Source: Eledone cirrhosa (Eukaryota). Taken from it: 64,000 bases of DNA. The position numbers and the translations under genes are program-made. Below are positions 1-14,849 of this stretch, piece after piece; position 1 is the stretch's first letter, and each line of letters opens with the position of its first letter. The notes below the pieces were generated by a model. The model ran no database searches and was not told the origin of the DNA. It was given only the letters and a program-made list of their open reading frames with translations. The DNA is taken from positions 396,242,001 through 396,306,000 of the forward strand of contig OZ024741.1 of assembly GCA_964016885.1 (NCBI GenBank), given 5' to 3'.

Positions 1-3000
1 TCGATCAGTCACACCACAAGAGTCAAAGTGCATCAATCAGTTACACCACAAGAGTCAAAGTGCATCAATCAGTCACACCACAAGGGTCAAAGTGCATCGA
101 TCAGCCACACCACAAGGGTCAAAGTACATCAATCAGTTACACCACAAGGGTCAAAGTGCATCAATCAGTCACACCACAAGGGTCAAAGTGCATCAATCAG
201 TCACACCACAAGGGTCAAATTCCTTCAATCAATCACACCACAAGGGTCAAAGTGTTTCAATCAGTCACACCACAAGGGTCAAAGTGCATCAATCAGTCAC
301 ACCACTAGGGTCAAAGTGCATCAATCAGTCACACCACAAGGGTCAAATTCCTTCAATCAGTCACACCACAAGGGTCAACTGTTTCAATCAGTCACACCAC
401 AAGGGTCAAAGTGCATCAATCAGTCACACAACAAGAGTTAAAGTGCAACAATCAGTCACACCACAAGGGTCAAAATGCATCAATCAGTCACACCACAAGT
501 GTCAAAGTGCATCAATCAGTCACACCATAAGGGTCAAACTGCATCAATCAGCCACACCACAAGGGTCAAAGTGCATCAATCAGTCACACCACAAGGGTCA
601 AAGTGCATCAATCAGCCACACCACAAGGGTCAAAGTGCATCAATCAGTCACACCACAAGAGTCAAAGTGCATCAATCAGCCACACCACAAGAGTCAAAGT
701 GCATCAATCAGTTACACCACAAGAGTCAAAGTGCATCAATCAGTCACACCACAAGGGTCAAAGTGCATCGATCAGCCACACCACAAGGGTCAAAGTACAT
801 CAATCAGTTACACCACAAGAGTCAAAGTGCATCAATCAGTTACACCACAAGAGTCAAAGTGCATCAATCAGTCACACCACAAGAGTCAAAGTGCATCAAT
901 CAGTTACACCACAAGAGTCAAAGTGCATCAATCAGTCACACAACAAGAGTCAAAGTGCATCGATCAGTCACACCACAAGAGTCAAAGTGCATCAATCAGT
1001 TACACCACAAGAGTCAAAGTGCATCAATCAGTCACACCACAAGGGTCAAAGTGCATCAATCAGTTACACCACAAGAGTCAATGTGCATCAATCAGTTACA
1101 CCACAAGAGTCAAAGTGCATCAATCAGACACACCACAAGGGTAAAAGTGCATCAATCAGTTACACCACAAGAGTCAAAGTGCATCAATCAGTTACACCAC
1201 AAGAGTCAAAGTGCATCAATCAGTCACACCACAAGAGTCAAAGTGCATCAATCAGTCACACCACAAGGGTCAAAGTGCATCAATCAGTCACACCACAAGG
1301 GTCAAAGTGCATCAATCAGTCACACCACAAGAGTCAAAGTGCATCAATCAGTCACACCACAAGGGTCAGATTCCTTCAATCAGTCACACCACAAGAGTCA
1401 AAGTGCATCAATCAGTCACACCACAAGGGTCAAAGTGCATCAATCAGTCACACCACAAGGGTCAAAGTGTTTCAATCAGTAACACCACAAGGGTCAAAGT
1501 GCATCAATCAGTCACACCACAAGGGTCAAAGTATTTCAATCAGTCACACCACAAGGGTCAAAGTGCATCAATCAGTCACACCACAAGAGTGAAAGTGCAT
1601 CAATCAGTCACACCACAAGGGTCAAAGTGCATCAATCAGTCACACCACAAGGGTCAAATTCCTTCAATCAGTCACACCACAAGGGTCAAATTCCTTCAAT
1701 CAGTCACACCACAAGGGTCAAATTGCATCAATCAGTCACACCACAAGGGTCAAAGTGTTTCAATCAGTCACACCACAAGGGTCAAAGTGCATCAATCAGT
1801 CACACCACAAGGGTCAAAGTGTTTCAATCAGTCACACCACAAGGGTCAAAGTGAATCAATCAGTCACACCACAAGGGTCAAAGTGTTTCAATAAGTCACA
1901 CCACAAGGGTCAAATTCCTTCAATCAGTCACACCACAAGGGTCAAAGTGCATCAATCAGTCACACCCCAAGAGTCAAAATGCTTCAATCAGTCACACCAC
2001 AAGGGTCAAATTCCTTCAATCAGTCACACCACAAGGGTCAAAGTGCATCAATCAGTCACAGCACAAGAGTCAAATTGCATCAATCAGTCACACCACAAGG
2101 GTCAAAGTGCATCAATGAGCCACACCACAAGGGTCAAAGGGCATCAATCAGTCACACCACAAGAGTCAAAGTGCATCAATCAGTCACACCACAAGGGTCA
2201 AAGTGCATCAATCAGTCACACCTCAAGGGTCAAAGTGCATCAATCAGTCACACCACAAGAGTCAAAGTGCATCAATCAGTCACACCACAAGAGTCAAAGT
2301 GCATCAATCAGTCATACCACAAGGGTCAAATTCCTTCAATCAGTCACACCACAAGGGTCAAAGTGCATCAATCAGTCACACCACAAGGGTCAAAGTGCAT
2401 CAATCAGTCACACCACAAGAGTCAAAGTGTTTCAATCAGTCACACCACAAGGGTCAAAGTGCATCAATCAGTCACACCACTAGGGTCAAAGTGCATCAAT
2501 CAGTCACACCACAAGGGTCAAATTCCTTCAATCAGTCACACCACAAGGGTCAACTGTTTCAATCAGTCACACCACAAGGGTCAAAGTGCATCAATCAGTC
2601 ACACAACAAGAGTTAAAGTGCAACAATCAGTCACACCACAAGGGTCAAAGTGCATCAGTCAGTTACACCACAAGAGTCAAAGTGCATCAATCAGTCACAC
2701 CACAAGAGTCAAAGTGCATCGATCAGTCACACCACAAGAGTCAAAGTGCATCAATCAGTTACACCACAAGAGTCAAAGTGCATCAATCAGTCACACCACA
2801 AGGGTCAAAGTGCATCGATCAGCCACACCACAAGGGTCAAATTCCTTCAATCAATCACACCACAAGGGTCAAAGTGTTTCAATCAGTCACACCACAAGGG
2901 TCAAAGTGCATCAATCAGTCACACCACTAGGGTCAAAGTGCATCAATCAGTCACACCACAAGGGTCAAATTCCTTCAATCAGTCACACCACAAGGGTCAA

Positions 3001-6000
3001 CTGTTTCAATCAGTCACACCACAAGGGTCAAAGTGCATCAATCAGTCACACAACAAGAGTTAAAGTGCAACAATCAGTCACACCACAAGGGTCAAAATGC
3101 ATCAATCAGTCACACCACAAGTGTCAAAGTGCATCAATCAGTCACACCATAAGGGTCAAACTGCATCAATCAGCCACACCACAAGGGTCAAAGTGCATCA
3201 ATCAGTCACACCACAAGGGTCAAAGTGCATCAATCAGCCACACCACAAGGGTCAAAGTGCATCAATCAGTCACACCACAAGAGTCAAAGTGCATCAATCA
3301 GCCACACCACAAGAGTCAAAGTGCATCAATCAGTTACACCACAAGAGTCAAAGTGCATCAATCAGTCACACCACAAGGGTCAAAGTGCATCGATCAGCCA
3401 CACCACAAGGGTCAAAGTACATCAATCAGTTACACCACAAGAGTCAAAGTGCATCAATCAGTTACACCACAAGAGTCAAAGTGCATCAATCAGTCACACC
3501 ACAAGAGTCAAAGTGCATCAATCAGTTACACCACAAGAGTCAAAGTGCATCAATCAGTCACACAACAAGAGTCAAAGTGCATCGATCAGTCACACCACAA
3601 GAGTCAAAGTGCATCAATCAGTTACACCACAAGAGTCAAAGTGCATCAATCAGTCACACCACAAGGGTCAAAGTGCATCAATCAGTTACACCACAAGAGT
3701 CAATGTGCATCAATCAGTTACACCACAAGAGTCAAAGTGCATCAATCAGACACACCACAAGGGTAAAAGTGCATCAATCAGTTACACCACAAGAGTCAAA
3801 GTGCATCAATCAGTTACACCACAAGAGTCAAAGTGCATCAATCAGTCACACCACAAGAGTCAAAGTGCATCAATCAGTCACACCCCAAGGGTCAAAGTGC
3901 ATCAATCAGTCACACCACAAGGGTCAAAGTGCATCAATCAGTCACACCACAAGAGTCAAAGTGCATCAATCAGTCACACCACAAGGGTCAGATTCCTTCA
4001 ATCAGTCACACCACAAGAGTCAAAGTGCATCAATCAGTCACACCACAAGGGTCAAAGTGCATCAATCAGTCACACCACAAGGGTCAAAGTGTTTCAATCA
4101 GTAACACCACAAGGGTCAAAGTGCATCAATCAGTCACACCACAAGGGTCAAAGTATTTCAATCAGTCACACCACAAGGGTCAAAGTGCATCAATCAGTCA
4201 CACCACAAGAGTGAAAGTGCATCAATCAGTCACACCACAAGGGTCAAAGTGCATCAATCAGTCACACCACAAGGGTCAAATTCCTTCAATCAGTCACACC
4301 ACAAGGGTCAAATTCCTTCAATCAGTCACACCACAAGGGTCAAATTGCATCAATCAGTCACACCACAAGGGTCAAAGTGTTTCAATCAGTCACACCACAA
4401 GGGTCAAAGTGCATCAATCAGTCACACCACAAGGGTCAAAGTGTTTCAATCAGTCACACCACAAGGGTCAAAGTGAATCAATCAGTCACACCACAAGGGT
4501 CAAAGTGTTTCAATAAGTCACACCACAAGGGTCAAATTCCTTCAATCAGTCACACCACAAGGGTCAAAGTGCATCAATCAGTCACACCCCAAGAGTCAAA
4601 ATGCTTCAATCAGTCACACCACAAGGGTCAAATTCCTTCAATCAGTCACACCACAAGGGTCAAAGTGCATCAATCAGTCACAGCACAAGAGTCAAATTGC
4701 ATCAATCAGTCACACCACAAGGGTCAAAGTGCATCAATGAGCCACACCACAAGGGTCAAAGGGCATCAATCAGTCACACCACAAGAGTCAAAGTGCATCA
4801 ATCAGTCACACCACAAGGGTCAAAGTGCATCAATCAGTCACACCTCAAGGGTCAAAGTGCATCAATCAGTCACACCACAAGAGTCAAAGTGCATCAATCA
4901 GTCACACCACAAGAGTCAAAGTGCATCAATCAGTCATACCACAAGGGTCAAATTCCTTCAATCAGTCACACCACAAGGGTCAAAGTGCATCAATCAGTCA
5001 CACCACAAGGGTCAAAGTGCATCAATCAGTCACACCACAAGAGTCAAAGTGTTTCAATCAGTCACACCACAAGGGTCAAAGTGCATCAATCAGTCACACC
5101 ACAAGGGTCAAAGTGCATCAATCAGTCACACCACAAGGGTCAAAGTGCATCAATCAGTCACACCACAAGGGTCAAATTCCTTCAATCAATCACACCACAA
5201 GGGTCAAAGTGTTTCAATCAGTCACACCACAAGGGTCAAAGTGCATCAATCAGTCACACAACAAGGGTCAAAGTGCATCAATCAGCCACACCACAAGGGT
5301 CAAAGTGCATCAATCAGTCACACCACAAGGGTCAAAGTGCATCAATCAGTCACACCACAAGAGTCAAAGTGCATCAATCAGTCACACCACAAGGGTCAAA
5401 GTGCATCAATCAGTCACACCACAAGGGTCAAAGTGCATCAATCAGTTACACCACAAGGGTCAAAGTGCATCAATCAGTCACACCACAAGGGTCAAAGTGC
5501 ATCAGTCAGTTACACCACAAGAGTCAAAGTGCATCAATCAGTCACACCACAAGAGTCAAAGTGCATCGATCAGTCACACCACAAGAGTCAAAGTGCATCA
5601 ATCAGTTACACCACAAGAGTCAAAGTGCATCAATCAGTCACACCACAAGGGTCAAAGTGCATCGATCAGCCACACCACAAGGGTCAAAGTACATCAATCA
5701 GTTACACCACAAGGGTCAAAGTGCATCAATCAGTCACACCACAAGGGTCAAAGTGCATCAATCAGTCACACCACAAGGGTCAAATTCCTTCAATCAATCA
5801 CACCACAAGGGTCAAAGTGTTTCAATCAGTCACACCACAAGGGTCAAAGTGCATCAATCAGTCACACCACTAGGGTCAAAGTGCATCAATCAGTCACACC
5901 ACAAGGGTCAAATTCCTTCAATCAGTCACACCACAAGGGTCAACTGTTTCAATCAGTCACACCACAAGGGTCAAAGTGCATCAATCAGTCACACAACAAG

Positions 6001-9000
6001 AGTTAAAGTGCAACAATCAGTCACACCACAAGGGTCAAAGTGCATCAGTCAGTTACACCACAAGAGTCAAAGTGCATCAATCAGTCACACCACAAGAGTC
6101 AAAGTGCATCGATCAGTCACACCACAAGAGTCAAAGTGCATCAATCAGTTACACCACAAGAGTCAAAGTGCATCAATCAGTCACACCACAAGGGTCAAAG
6201 TGCATCGATCAGCCACACCACAAGGGTCAAAGTACATCAATCAGTTACACCACAAGGGTCAAAGTGCATCAATCAGTCACACCACAAGGGTCAAAGTGCA
6301 TCAATCAGTCACACCACAAGGGTCAAATTCCTTCAATCAATCACACCACAAGGGTCAAAGTGTTTCAATCAGTCACACCACAAGGGTCAAAGTGCATCAA
6401 TCAGTCACACCACTAGGGTCAAAGTGCATCAATCAGTCACACCACAAGGGTCAAATTCCTTCAATCAGTCACACCACAAGGTTCAACTGTTTCAATCAGT
6501 CACACCACAAGGGTCAAAGTGCATCAATCAGTCACACAACAAGAGTTAAAGTGCAACAATCAGTCACACCACAAGGGTCAAAATGCATCAATCAGTCACA
6601 CCACAAGTGTCAAAGTGCATCAATCAGTCACACCATAAGGGTCAAACTGCATCAATCAGCCACACCACAAGGGTCAAAGTGCATCAATCAGTCACACCAC
6701 AAGGGTCAAAGTGCATCAATCAGCCACACCACAAGGGTCAAAGTGCATCAATCAGTCACACCACAAGAGTCAAAGTGCATCAATCAGCCACACCACAAGA
6801 GTCAAAGTGCATCAATCAGTTACACCACAAGAGTCAAAGTGCATCAATCAGTCACACCACAAGGGTCAAAGTGCATCGATCAGCCACACCACAAGGGTCA
6901 AAGTACATCAATCAGTTACACCACAAGAGTCAAAGTGCATCAATCAGTTACACCACAAGAGTCAAAATGCATCAATCAGTCACACCACAAGAGTCAAAGT
7001 GCATCAATCAGTTACACCACAAGAGTCAAAGTGCATCAATCAGTCACACAACAAGAGTCAAAGTGCATCGATCAGTCACACCACAAGAGTCAAAGTGCAT
7101 CAATCAGTTACACCACAAGAGTCAAAGTGCATCAATCAGTCACACCACAAGGGTCAAAGTGCATCAATCAGTTACACCACAAGAGTCAATGTGCATCAAT
7201 CAGTTACACCACAAGAGTCAAAGTGCATCAATCAGACACACCACAAGGGTAAAAGTGCATCAATCAGTTACACCACAAGAGTCAAAGTGCATCAATCAGT
7301 TACACCACAAGAGTCAAAGTGCATCAATCAGTCACACCACAAGAGTCAAAGTGCATCAATCAGTCACACCACAAGGGTCAAAGTGCATCAATCAGTCACA
7401 CCACAAGGGTCAAAGTGCATCAATCAGTCACACCACAAGAGTCAAAGTGCATCAATCAGTCACACCACAAGGGTCAGATTCCTTCAATCAGTCACACCAC
7501 AAGAGTCAAAGTGCATCAATCAGTCACACCACAAGGGTCAAAGTGCATCAATCAGTCACACCACAAGGGTCAAAGTGTTTCAATCAGTAACACCACAAGG
7601 GTCAAAGTGCATCAATCAGTCACACCACAAGGGTCAAAGTATTTCAATCAGTCACACCACAAGGGTCAAAGTGCATCAATCAGTCACACCACAAGAGTGA
7701 AAGTGCATCAATCAGTCACACCACAAGGGTCAAAGTGCATCAATCAGTCACACCACAAGGGTCAAATTCCTTCAATCAGTCACACCACAAGGGTCAAATT
7801 CCTTCAATCAGTCACACCACAAGGGTCAAATTGCATCAATCAGTCACACCACAAGGGTCAAAGTGTTTCAATCAGTCACACCACAAGGGTCAAAGTGCAT
7901 CAATCAGTCACACCACAAGGGTCAAAGTGTTTCAATCAGTCACACCACAAGGGTCAAAGTGAATCAATCAGTCACACCACAAGGGTCAAAGTGTTTCAAT
8001 AAGTCACACCACAAGGGTCAAATTCCTTCAATCAGTCACACCACAAGGGTCAAAGTGCATCAATCAGTCACACCCCAAGAGTCAAAATGCTTCAATCAGT
8101 CACACCACAAGGGTCAAATTCCTTCAATCAGTCACACCACAAGGGTCAAAGTGCATCAATCAGTCACAGCACAAGAGTCAAATTGCATCAATCAGTCACA
8201 CCACAAGGGTCAAAGTGCATCAATGAGCCACACCACAAGGGTCAAAGGGCATCAATCAGTCACACCACAAGAGTCAAAGTGCATCAATCAGTCACACCAC
8301 AAGGGTCAAAGTGCATCAATCAGTCACACCTCAAGGGTCAAAGTGCATCAATCAGTCACACCACAAGAGTCAAAGTGCATCAATCAGTCACACCACAAGA
8401 GTCAAAGTGCATCAATCAGTCATACCACAAGGGTCAAATTCCTTCAATCAGTCACACCACAAGGGTCAAAGTGCATCAATCAGTCACACCACAAGGGTCA
8501 AAGTGCATCAATCAGTCACACCACAAGAGTCAAAGTGTTTCAATCAGTCACACCACAAGGGTCAAAGTGCATCAATCAGTCACACCACTAGGGTCAAAGT
8601 GCATCAATCAGTCACACCACAAGGGTCAAATTCCTTCAATCAGTCACACCACAAGGGTCAACTGTTTCAATCAGTCACACCACAAGGGTCAAAGTGCATC
8701 AATCAGTCACACAACAAGAGTTAAAGTGCAACAATCAGTCACACCACAAGGGTCAAAGTGCATCAGTCAGTTACACCACAAGAGTCAAAGTGCATCAATC
8801 AGTCACACCACAAGAGTCAAAGTGCATCGATCAGTCACACCACAAGAGTCAAAGTGCATCAATCAGTTACACCACAAGAGTCAAAGTGCATCAATCAGTC
8901 ACACCACAAGGGTCAAAGTGCATCGATCAGCCACACCACAAGGGTCAAATTCCTTCAATCAATCACAGCACAAGGGTCAAAGTGTTTCAATCAGTCACAC

Positions 9001-12000
9001 CACAAGGGTCAAAGTGCATCAATCAGTCACACCACTAGGGTCAAAGTGCATCAATCAGTCACACCACAAGGGTCAAATTCCTTCAATCAGTCACACCACA
9101 AGGGTCAACTGTTTCAATCAGTCACACCACAAGGGTCAAAGTGCATCAATCAGTCACACAACAAGAGTTAAAGTGCAACAATCAGTCACACCACAAGGGT
9201 CAAAATGCATCAATCAGTCACACCACAAGTGTCAAAGTGCATCAATCAGTCACACCATAAGGGTCAAACTGCATCAATCAGCCACACCACAAGGGTCAAA
9301 GTGCATCAATCAGTCACACCACAAGGGTCAAAGTGCATCAATCAGCCACACCACAAGGGTCAAAGTGCATCAATCAGTCACACCACAAGAGTCAAAGTGC
9401 ATCAATCAGCCACACCACAAGAGTCAAAGTGCATCAATCAGTTACACCACAAGAGTCAAAGTGCATCAATCAGTCACACCACAAGGGTCAAAGTGCATCG
9501 ATCAGCCACACCACAAGGGTCAAAGTACATCAATCAGTTACACCACAAGAGTCAAAGTGCATCAATCAGTTACACCACAAGAGTCAAAGTGCATCAATCA
9601 GTCACACCACAAGAGTCAAAGTGCATCAATCAGTTACACCACAAGAGTCAAAGTGCATCAATCAGTCACACAACAAGAGTCAAAGTGCATCGATCAGTCA
9701 CACCACAAGAGTCAAAGTGCATCAATCAGTTACACCACAAGAGTCAAAGTGCATCAATCAGTCACACCACAAGGGTCAAATTGCATCAATCAGTTACACC
9801 ACAAGAGTCAATGTGCATCAATCAGTTACACCACAAGAGTCAAAGTGCATCAATCAGACACACCACAAGGGTAAAAGTGCATCAATCAGTTACACCACAA
9901 GAGTCAAAGTGCATCAATCAGTTACACCACAAGAGTCAAAGTGCATCAATCAGTCACACCACAAGAGTCAAAGTGCATCAATCAGTCACACCACAAGGGT
10001 CAAAGTGCATCAATCAGTCACACCACAAGGGTCAAAGTGCATCAATCAGTCACACCACAAGAGTCAAAGTGCATCAATCAGTCACACCACAAGGGTCAGA
10101 TTCCTTCAATCAGTCACACCACAAGAGTCAAAGTGCATCAATCAGTCACACCACAAGGGTCAAAGTGCATCAATCAGTCACACCACAAGGGTCAAAGTGT
10201 TTCAATCAGTAACACCACAAGGGTCAAAGTGCATCAATCAGTCACACCACAAGGGTCAAAGTATTTCAATCAGTCACACCACAAGGGTCAAAGTGCATCA
10301 ATCAGTCACACCACAAGAGTGAAAGTGCATCAATCAGTCACACCACAAGGGTCAAAGTGCATCAATCAGTCACACCACAAGGGTCAAATTCCTTCAATCA
10401 GTCACACCACAAGGGTCAAATTCCTTCAATCAGTCACACCACAAGGGTCAAATTGCATCAATCAGTCACACCACAAGGGTCAAAGTGTTTCAATCAGTCA
10501 CACCACAAGGGTCAAAGTGCATCAATCAGTCACACCACAAGGGTCAAAGTGTTTCAATCAGTCACACCACAAGGGTCAAAGTGAATCAATCAGTCACACC
10601 ACAAGGGTCAAAGTGTTTCAATAAGTCACACCACAAGGGTCAAATTCCTTCAATCAGTCACACCACAAGGGTCAAAGTGCATCAATCAGTCACACAACAA
10701 GAGTTAAAGTGCAACAATCAGTCACACCACAAGGGTCAAAATGCATCAATCAGTCACACCACAAGTGTCAAAGTGCATCAATCAGTCACACCATAAGGGT
10801 CAAACTGCATCAATCAGCCACACCACAAGGGTCAAAGTGCATCAATCAGTCACACCACAAGGGTCAAAGTGCATCAATCAGCCACACCACAAGGGTCAAA
10901 GTGCATCAATCAGTCACACCACAAGAGTCAAAGTGCATCAATCAGCCACACCACAAGAGTCAAAGTGCATCAATCAGTTACACCACAAGAGTCAAAGTGC
11001 ATCAATCAGTCACACCACAAGGGTCAAAGTGCATCGATCAGCCACACCACAAGGGTCAAAGTACATCAATCAGTTACACCACAAGAGTCAAAGTGCATCA
11101 ATCAGTTACACCACAAGAGTCAAAGTGCATCAATCAGTCACACCACAAGAGTCAAAGTGCATCAATCAGTTACACCACAAGAGTCAAAGTGCATCAATCA
11201 GTCACACAACAAGAGTCAAAGTGCATCGATCAGTCACACCACAAGAGTCAAAGTGCATCAATCAGTTACACCACAAGAGTCAAAGTGCATCAATCAGTCA
11301 CACCACAAGGGTCAAATTGCATCAATCAGTTACACCACAAGAGTCAATGTGCATCAATCAGTTACACCACAAGAGTCAAAGTGCATCAATCAGACACACC
11401 ACAAGGGTAAAAGTGCATCAATCAGTTACACCACAAGAGTCAAAGTGCATCAATCAGTTACACCACAAGAGTCAAAGTGCATCAATCAGTCACACCACAA
11501 GAGTCAAAGTGCATCAATCAGTCACACCACAAGGGTCAAAGTGCATCAATCAGTCACACCACAAGGGTCAAAGTGCATCAATCAGTCACACCACAAGAGT
11601 CAAAGTGCATCAATCAGTCACACCACAAGGGTCAGATTCCTTCAATCAGTCACACCACAAGAGTCAAAGTGCATCAATCAGTCACACCACAAGGGTCAAA
11701 GTGCATCAATCAGTCACACCACAAGGGTCAAAGTGTTTCAATCAGTAACACCACAAGGGTCAAAGTGCATCAATCAGTCACACCACAAGGGTCAAAGTAT
11801 TTCAATCAGTCACACCACAAGGGTCAAAGTGCATCAATCAGTCACACCACAAGAGTGAAAGTGCATCAATCAGTCACACCACAAGGGTCAAAGTGCATCA
11901 ATCAGTCACACCACAAGGGTCAAATTCCTTCAATCAGTCACACCACAAGGGTCAAATTCCTTCAATCAGTCACACCACAAGGGTCAAATTGCATCAATCA

Positions 12001-13900
12001 GTCACACCACAAGGGTCAAAGTGTTTCAATCAGTCACACCACAAGGGTCAAAGTGCATCAATCAGTCACACCACAAGGGTCAAAGTGTTTCAATCAGTCA
12101 CACCACAAGGGTCAAAGTGAATCAATCAGTCACACCACAAGGGTCAAAGTGTTTCAATAAGTCACACCACAAGGGTCAAATTCCTTCAATCAGTCACACC
12201 ACAAGGGTCAAAGTGCATCAATCAGTCACACCCCAAGAGTCAAAATGCTTCAATCAGTCACACCACAAGGGTCAAATTCCTTCAATCAGTCACACCACAA
12301 GGGTCAAAGTGCATCAATCAGTCACAGCACAAGAGTCAAATTGCATCAATCAGTCACACCACAAGGGTCAAAGTGCATCAATGAGCCACACCACAAGGGT
12401 CAAAGGGCATCAATCAGTCACACCACAAGAGTCAAAGTGCATCAATCAGTCACACCACAAGGGTCAAAGTGCATCAATCAGTCACACCTCAAGGGTCAAA
12501 GTGCATCAATCAGTCACACCACAAGAGTCAAAGTGCATCAATCAGTCACACCACAAGAGTCAAAGTGCATCAATCAGTCATACCACAAGGGTCAAATTCC
12601 TTCAATCAGTCACACCACAAGGGTCAAAGTGCATCAATCAGTCACACCACAAGGGTCAAAGTGCATCAATCAGTCACACCACAAGAGTCAAAGTGTTTCA
12701 ATCAGTCACACCACAAGGGTCAAAGTGCATCAATCAGTCACACCACAAGGGTCAAAGTGCATCAATCAGTCACACCACAAGGGTCAAAGTGCATCAATCA
12801 GTCACACCACAAGGGTCAAATTCCTTCAATCAATCACACCACAAGGGTCAAAGTGTTTCAATCAGTCACACCACAAGGGTCAAAGTGCATCAATCAGTCA
12901 CACCACTAGGGTCAAAGTGCATCAATCAGTCACACCACAAGGGTCAAATTCCTTCAATCAGTCACACCACAAGGGTCAACTGTTTCAATCAGTCACACCA
13001 CAAGGGTCAAAGTGCATCAATCAGTCACACAACAAGAGTTAAAGTGCAACAATCAGTCACACCACAAGGGTCAAAATGCATCAATCAATCACACCACAAG
13101 TGTCAAAGTGCATCAATCAGTCACACCATAAGGGTCAAACTGCATCAATCAGTCACACCACAAGGGTCAAAGTGCATCAATCAGTCACACCACAAGGGTC
13201 AAAGTGCATCAATCAGCCACACCGCAAGGGTCAAAGTGCATCAATCAGTCACACCACAAGAGTCAAAGTGCATCAATCAGCCACACCACAAGAGTCAAAG
13301 TGCATCAATCAGTTACACCACAAGAGTCAAAGTGCATCAATCAGTCACACCACAAGGGTCAAAGTGCATCGATCAGCCACACCACAAGGGTCAAAGTACA
13401 TCAATCAGTTACACCACAAGAGTCAAAGTGCATCAATCAGTTACACCACAAGAGTCAAAGTGCATCAATCAGTCACACCACAAGAGTCAAAGTGCATCAA
13501 TCAGTTACACCACAAGAGTCAAAGTGCATCAATCAGTCACACCACAAGAGTCAAAGTGCATCGATCAGTCACACCACAAGAGTCAAAGTGCATCAATCAG
13601 TTACACCACAAGAGTCAAAGTGCATCAATCAGTCACACCACAAGGGTCAAAGTGCATCAATCAGTTACACCACAAGAGTCAATGTGCATCAATCAGTTAC
13701 ACCACAAGAGTCAAAGTGCATCAATCAGACACACCACAAGGGTAAAAGTGCATCAATCAGTTACACCACAAGAGTCAAAGTGCATCAATCAGTTACACCA
13801 CAAGAGTCAAAGTGCATCAATCAGTCACACCACAAGAGTCAAAGTGCATCAATCAGTCACACCACAAGGGTCAAAGTGCATCAATCAGTCACACCACAAG
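1..13900 (+). repeat. HOR domain 1: super-units of 2622/3486/2622/1536/2335 bp; 1-4585 is repeated at 6109-10693 (offset 6108)
   Basis: Near-identical ORF translations start at 475, 3097, 6583, 9205, 10741 and 13076. Private marker GGGTAAAAG at ~1139, 3761, 7247, 9869, 11405 and 13740. Offsets equal 82, 109, 82, 48 and 73 monomers minus the 31-bp variant monomers (GGGTCAACTGTTTC) they contain. Confidence 0.9.
9158..12229 (+). repeat. Tandem duplication of 1536 bp (48 monomers) nested in HOR domain 1
   Basis: ORFs 9205/10741, 9333/10869, 9941/11477 and 10357/11893 are all offset by 1536. The variant AAATTGCATC at ~9781 and ~11317 is shared by these two copies and absent from the homologous sites at ~1051, ~3673 and ~7159. 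Confidence 0.88.
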
Positions 13901-14849
13901 GGTCAAAGTGCATCAATCAGTCACACCACAAGAGTCAAAGTGCATATAATCAGTCACACCACAAGGGTCAAAGTGCATCAATCAGTCACAACACAAGGGT
14001 CAAAGTGCATCAATCAGTCACACCACAAGGGTCAAAGTGCATCAATCAGTCACACCACAAGAGTCAAAGTGCATCAATCAGTCACACCACAAGGGTCAGA
14101 TTCCTTCAATCAGTCACACCACAAGAGTCAAAGTGCATCAATCAGTCACACCACAAGGGTCAAAGTGCATCAATCAGTCACACCACAAGGGTCAAAGTGT
14201 TTCAATCAGTCACACCACAAGGGTCAAAGTGCATCAATCAGTCACACCACAAGGGTCAAAGTATTTCAATCAGTCACACCACAAGGGTCAAAGTGCATCA
14301 ATCAGTCACACCACAAGAGTGAAAGTGCATCAATCAGTCACACCACAAGGGTCAAAGTGCATCAATCAGTCACACCACAAGGGTCAAATTCCTTCAATCA
14401 GTCACACCACAAGGGTCAAATTCCTTCAATCAGTCACACCACAAGGGTCAAATTGCATCAATCAGTCACACCACAAGGGTCAAAGTGTTTCAATCAGTCA
14501 CACCACAAGGGTCAAAGTGCATCAATCAGTCACACCACAAGGGTCAAAGTGTTTCAATCAGTCACACCACAAGGGTCAAAGTGAATCAATCAGTCACACC
14601 ACAAGGGTCAAAGTGTTTCAATAAGTCACACCACAAGGGTCAAATTCCTTCAATCAGTCACACCACAAGGGTCAAAGTGCATCAATCAGTCACACCCCAA
14701 GAGTCAAAGTGCTTCAATCAGTCACACCACAAGGGTCAAATTCCTTCAATCAGTCACACCACAAGGGTCAAAGTGCATCAATCAGTCACAGCACAAGAGT
14801 CAAATTGCATCAATCAGTCACACCACAAGGGTCAAAGTGCATCAATCAG

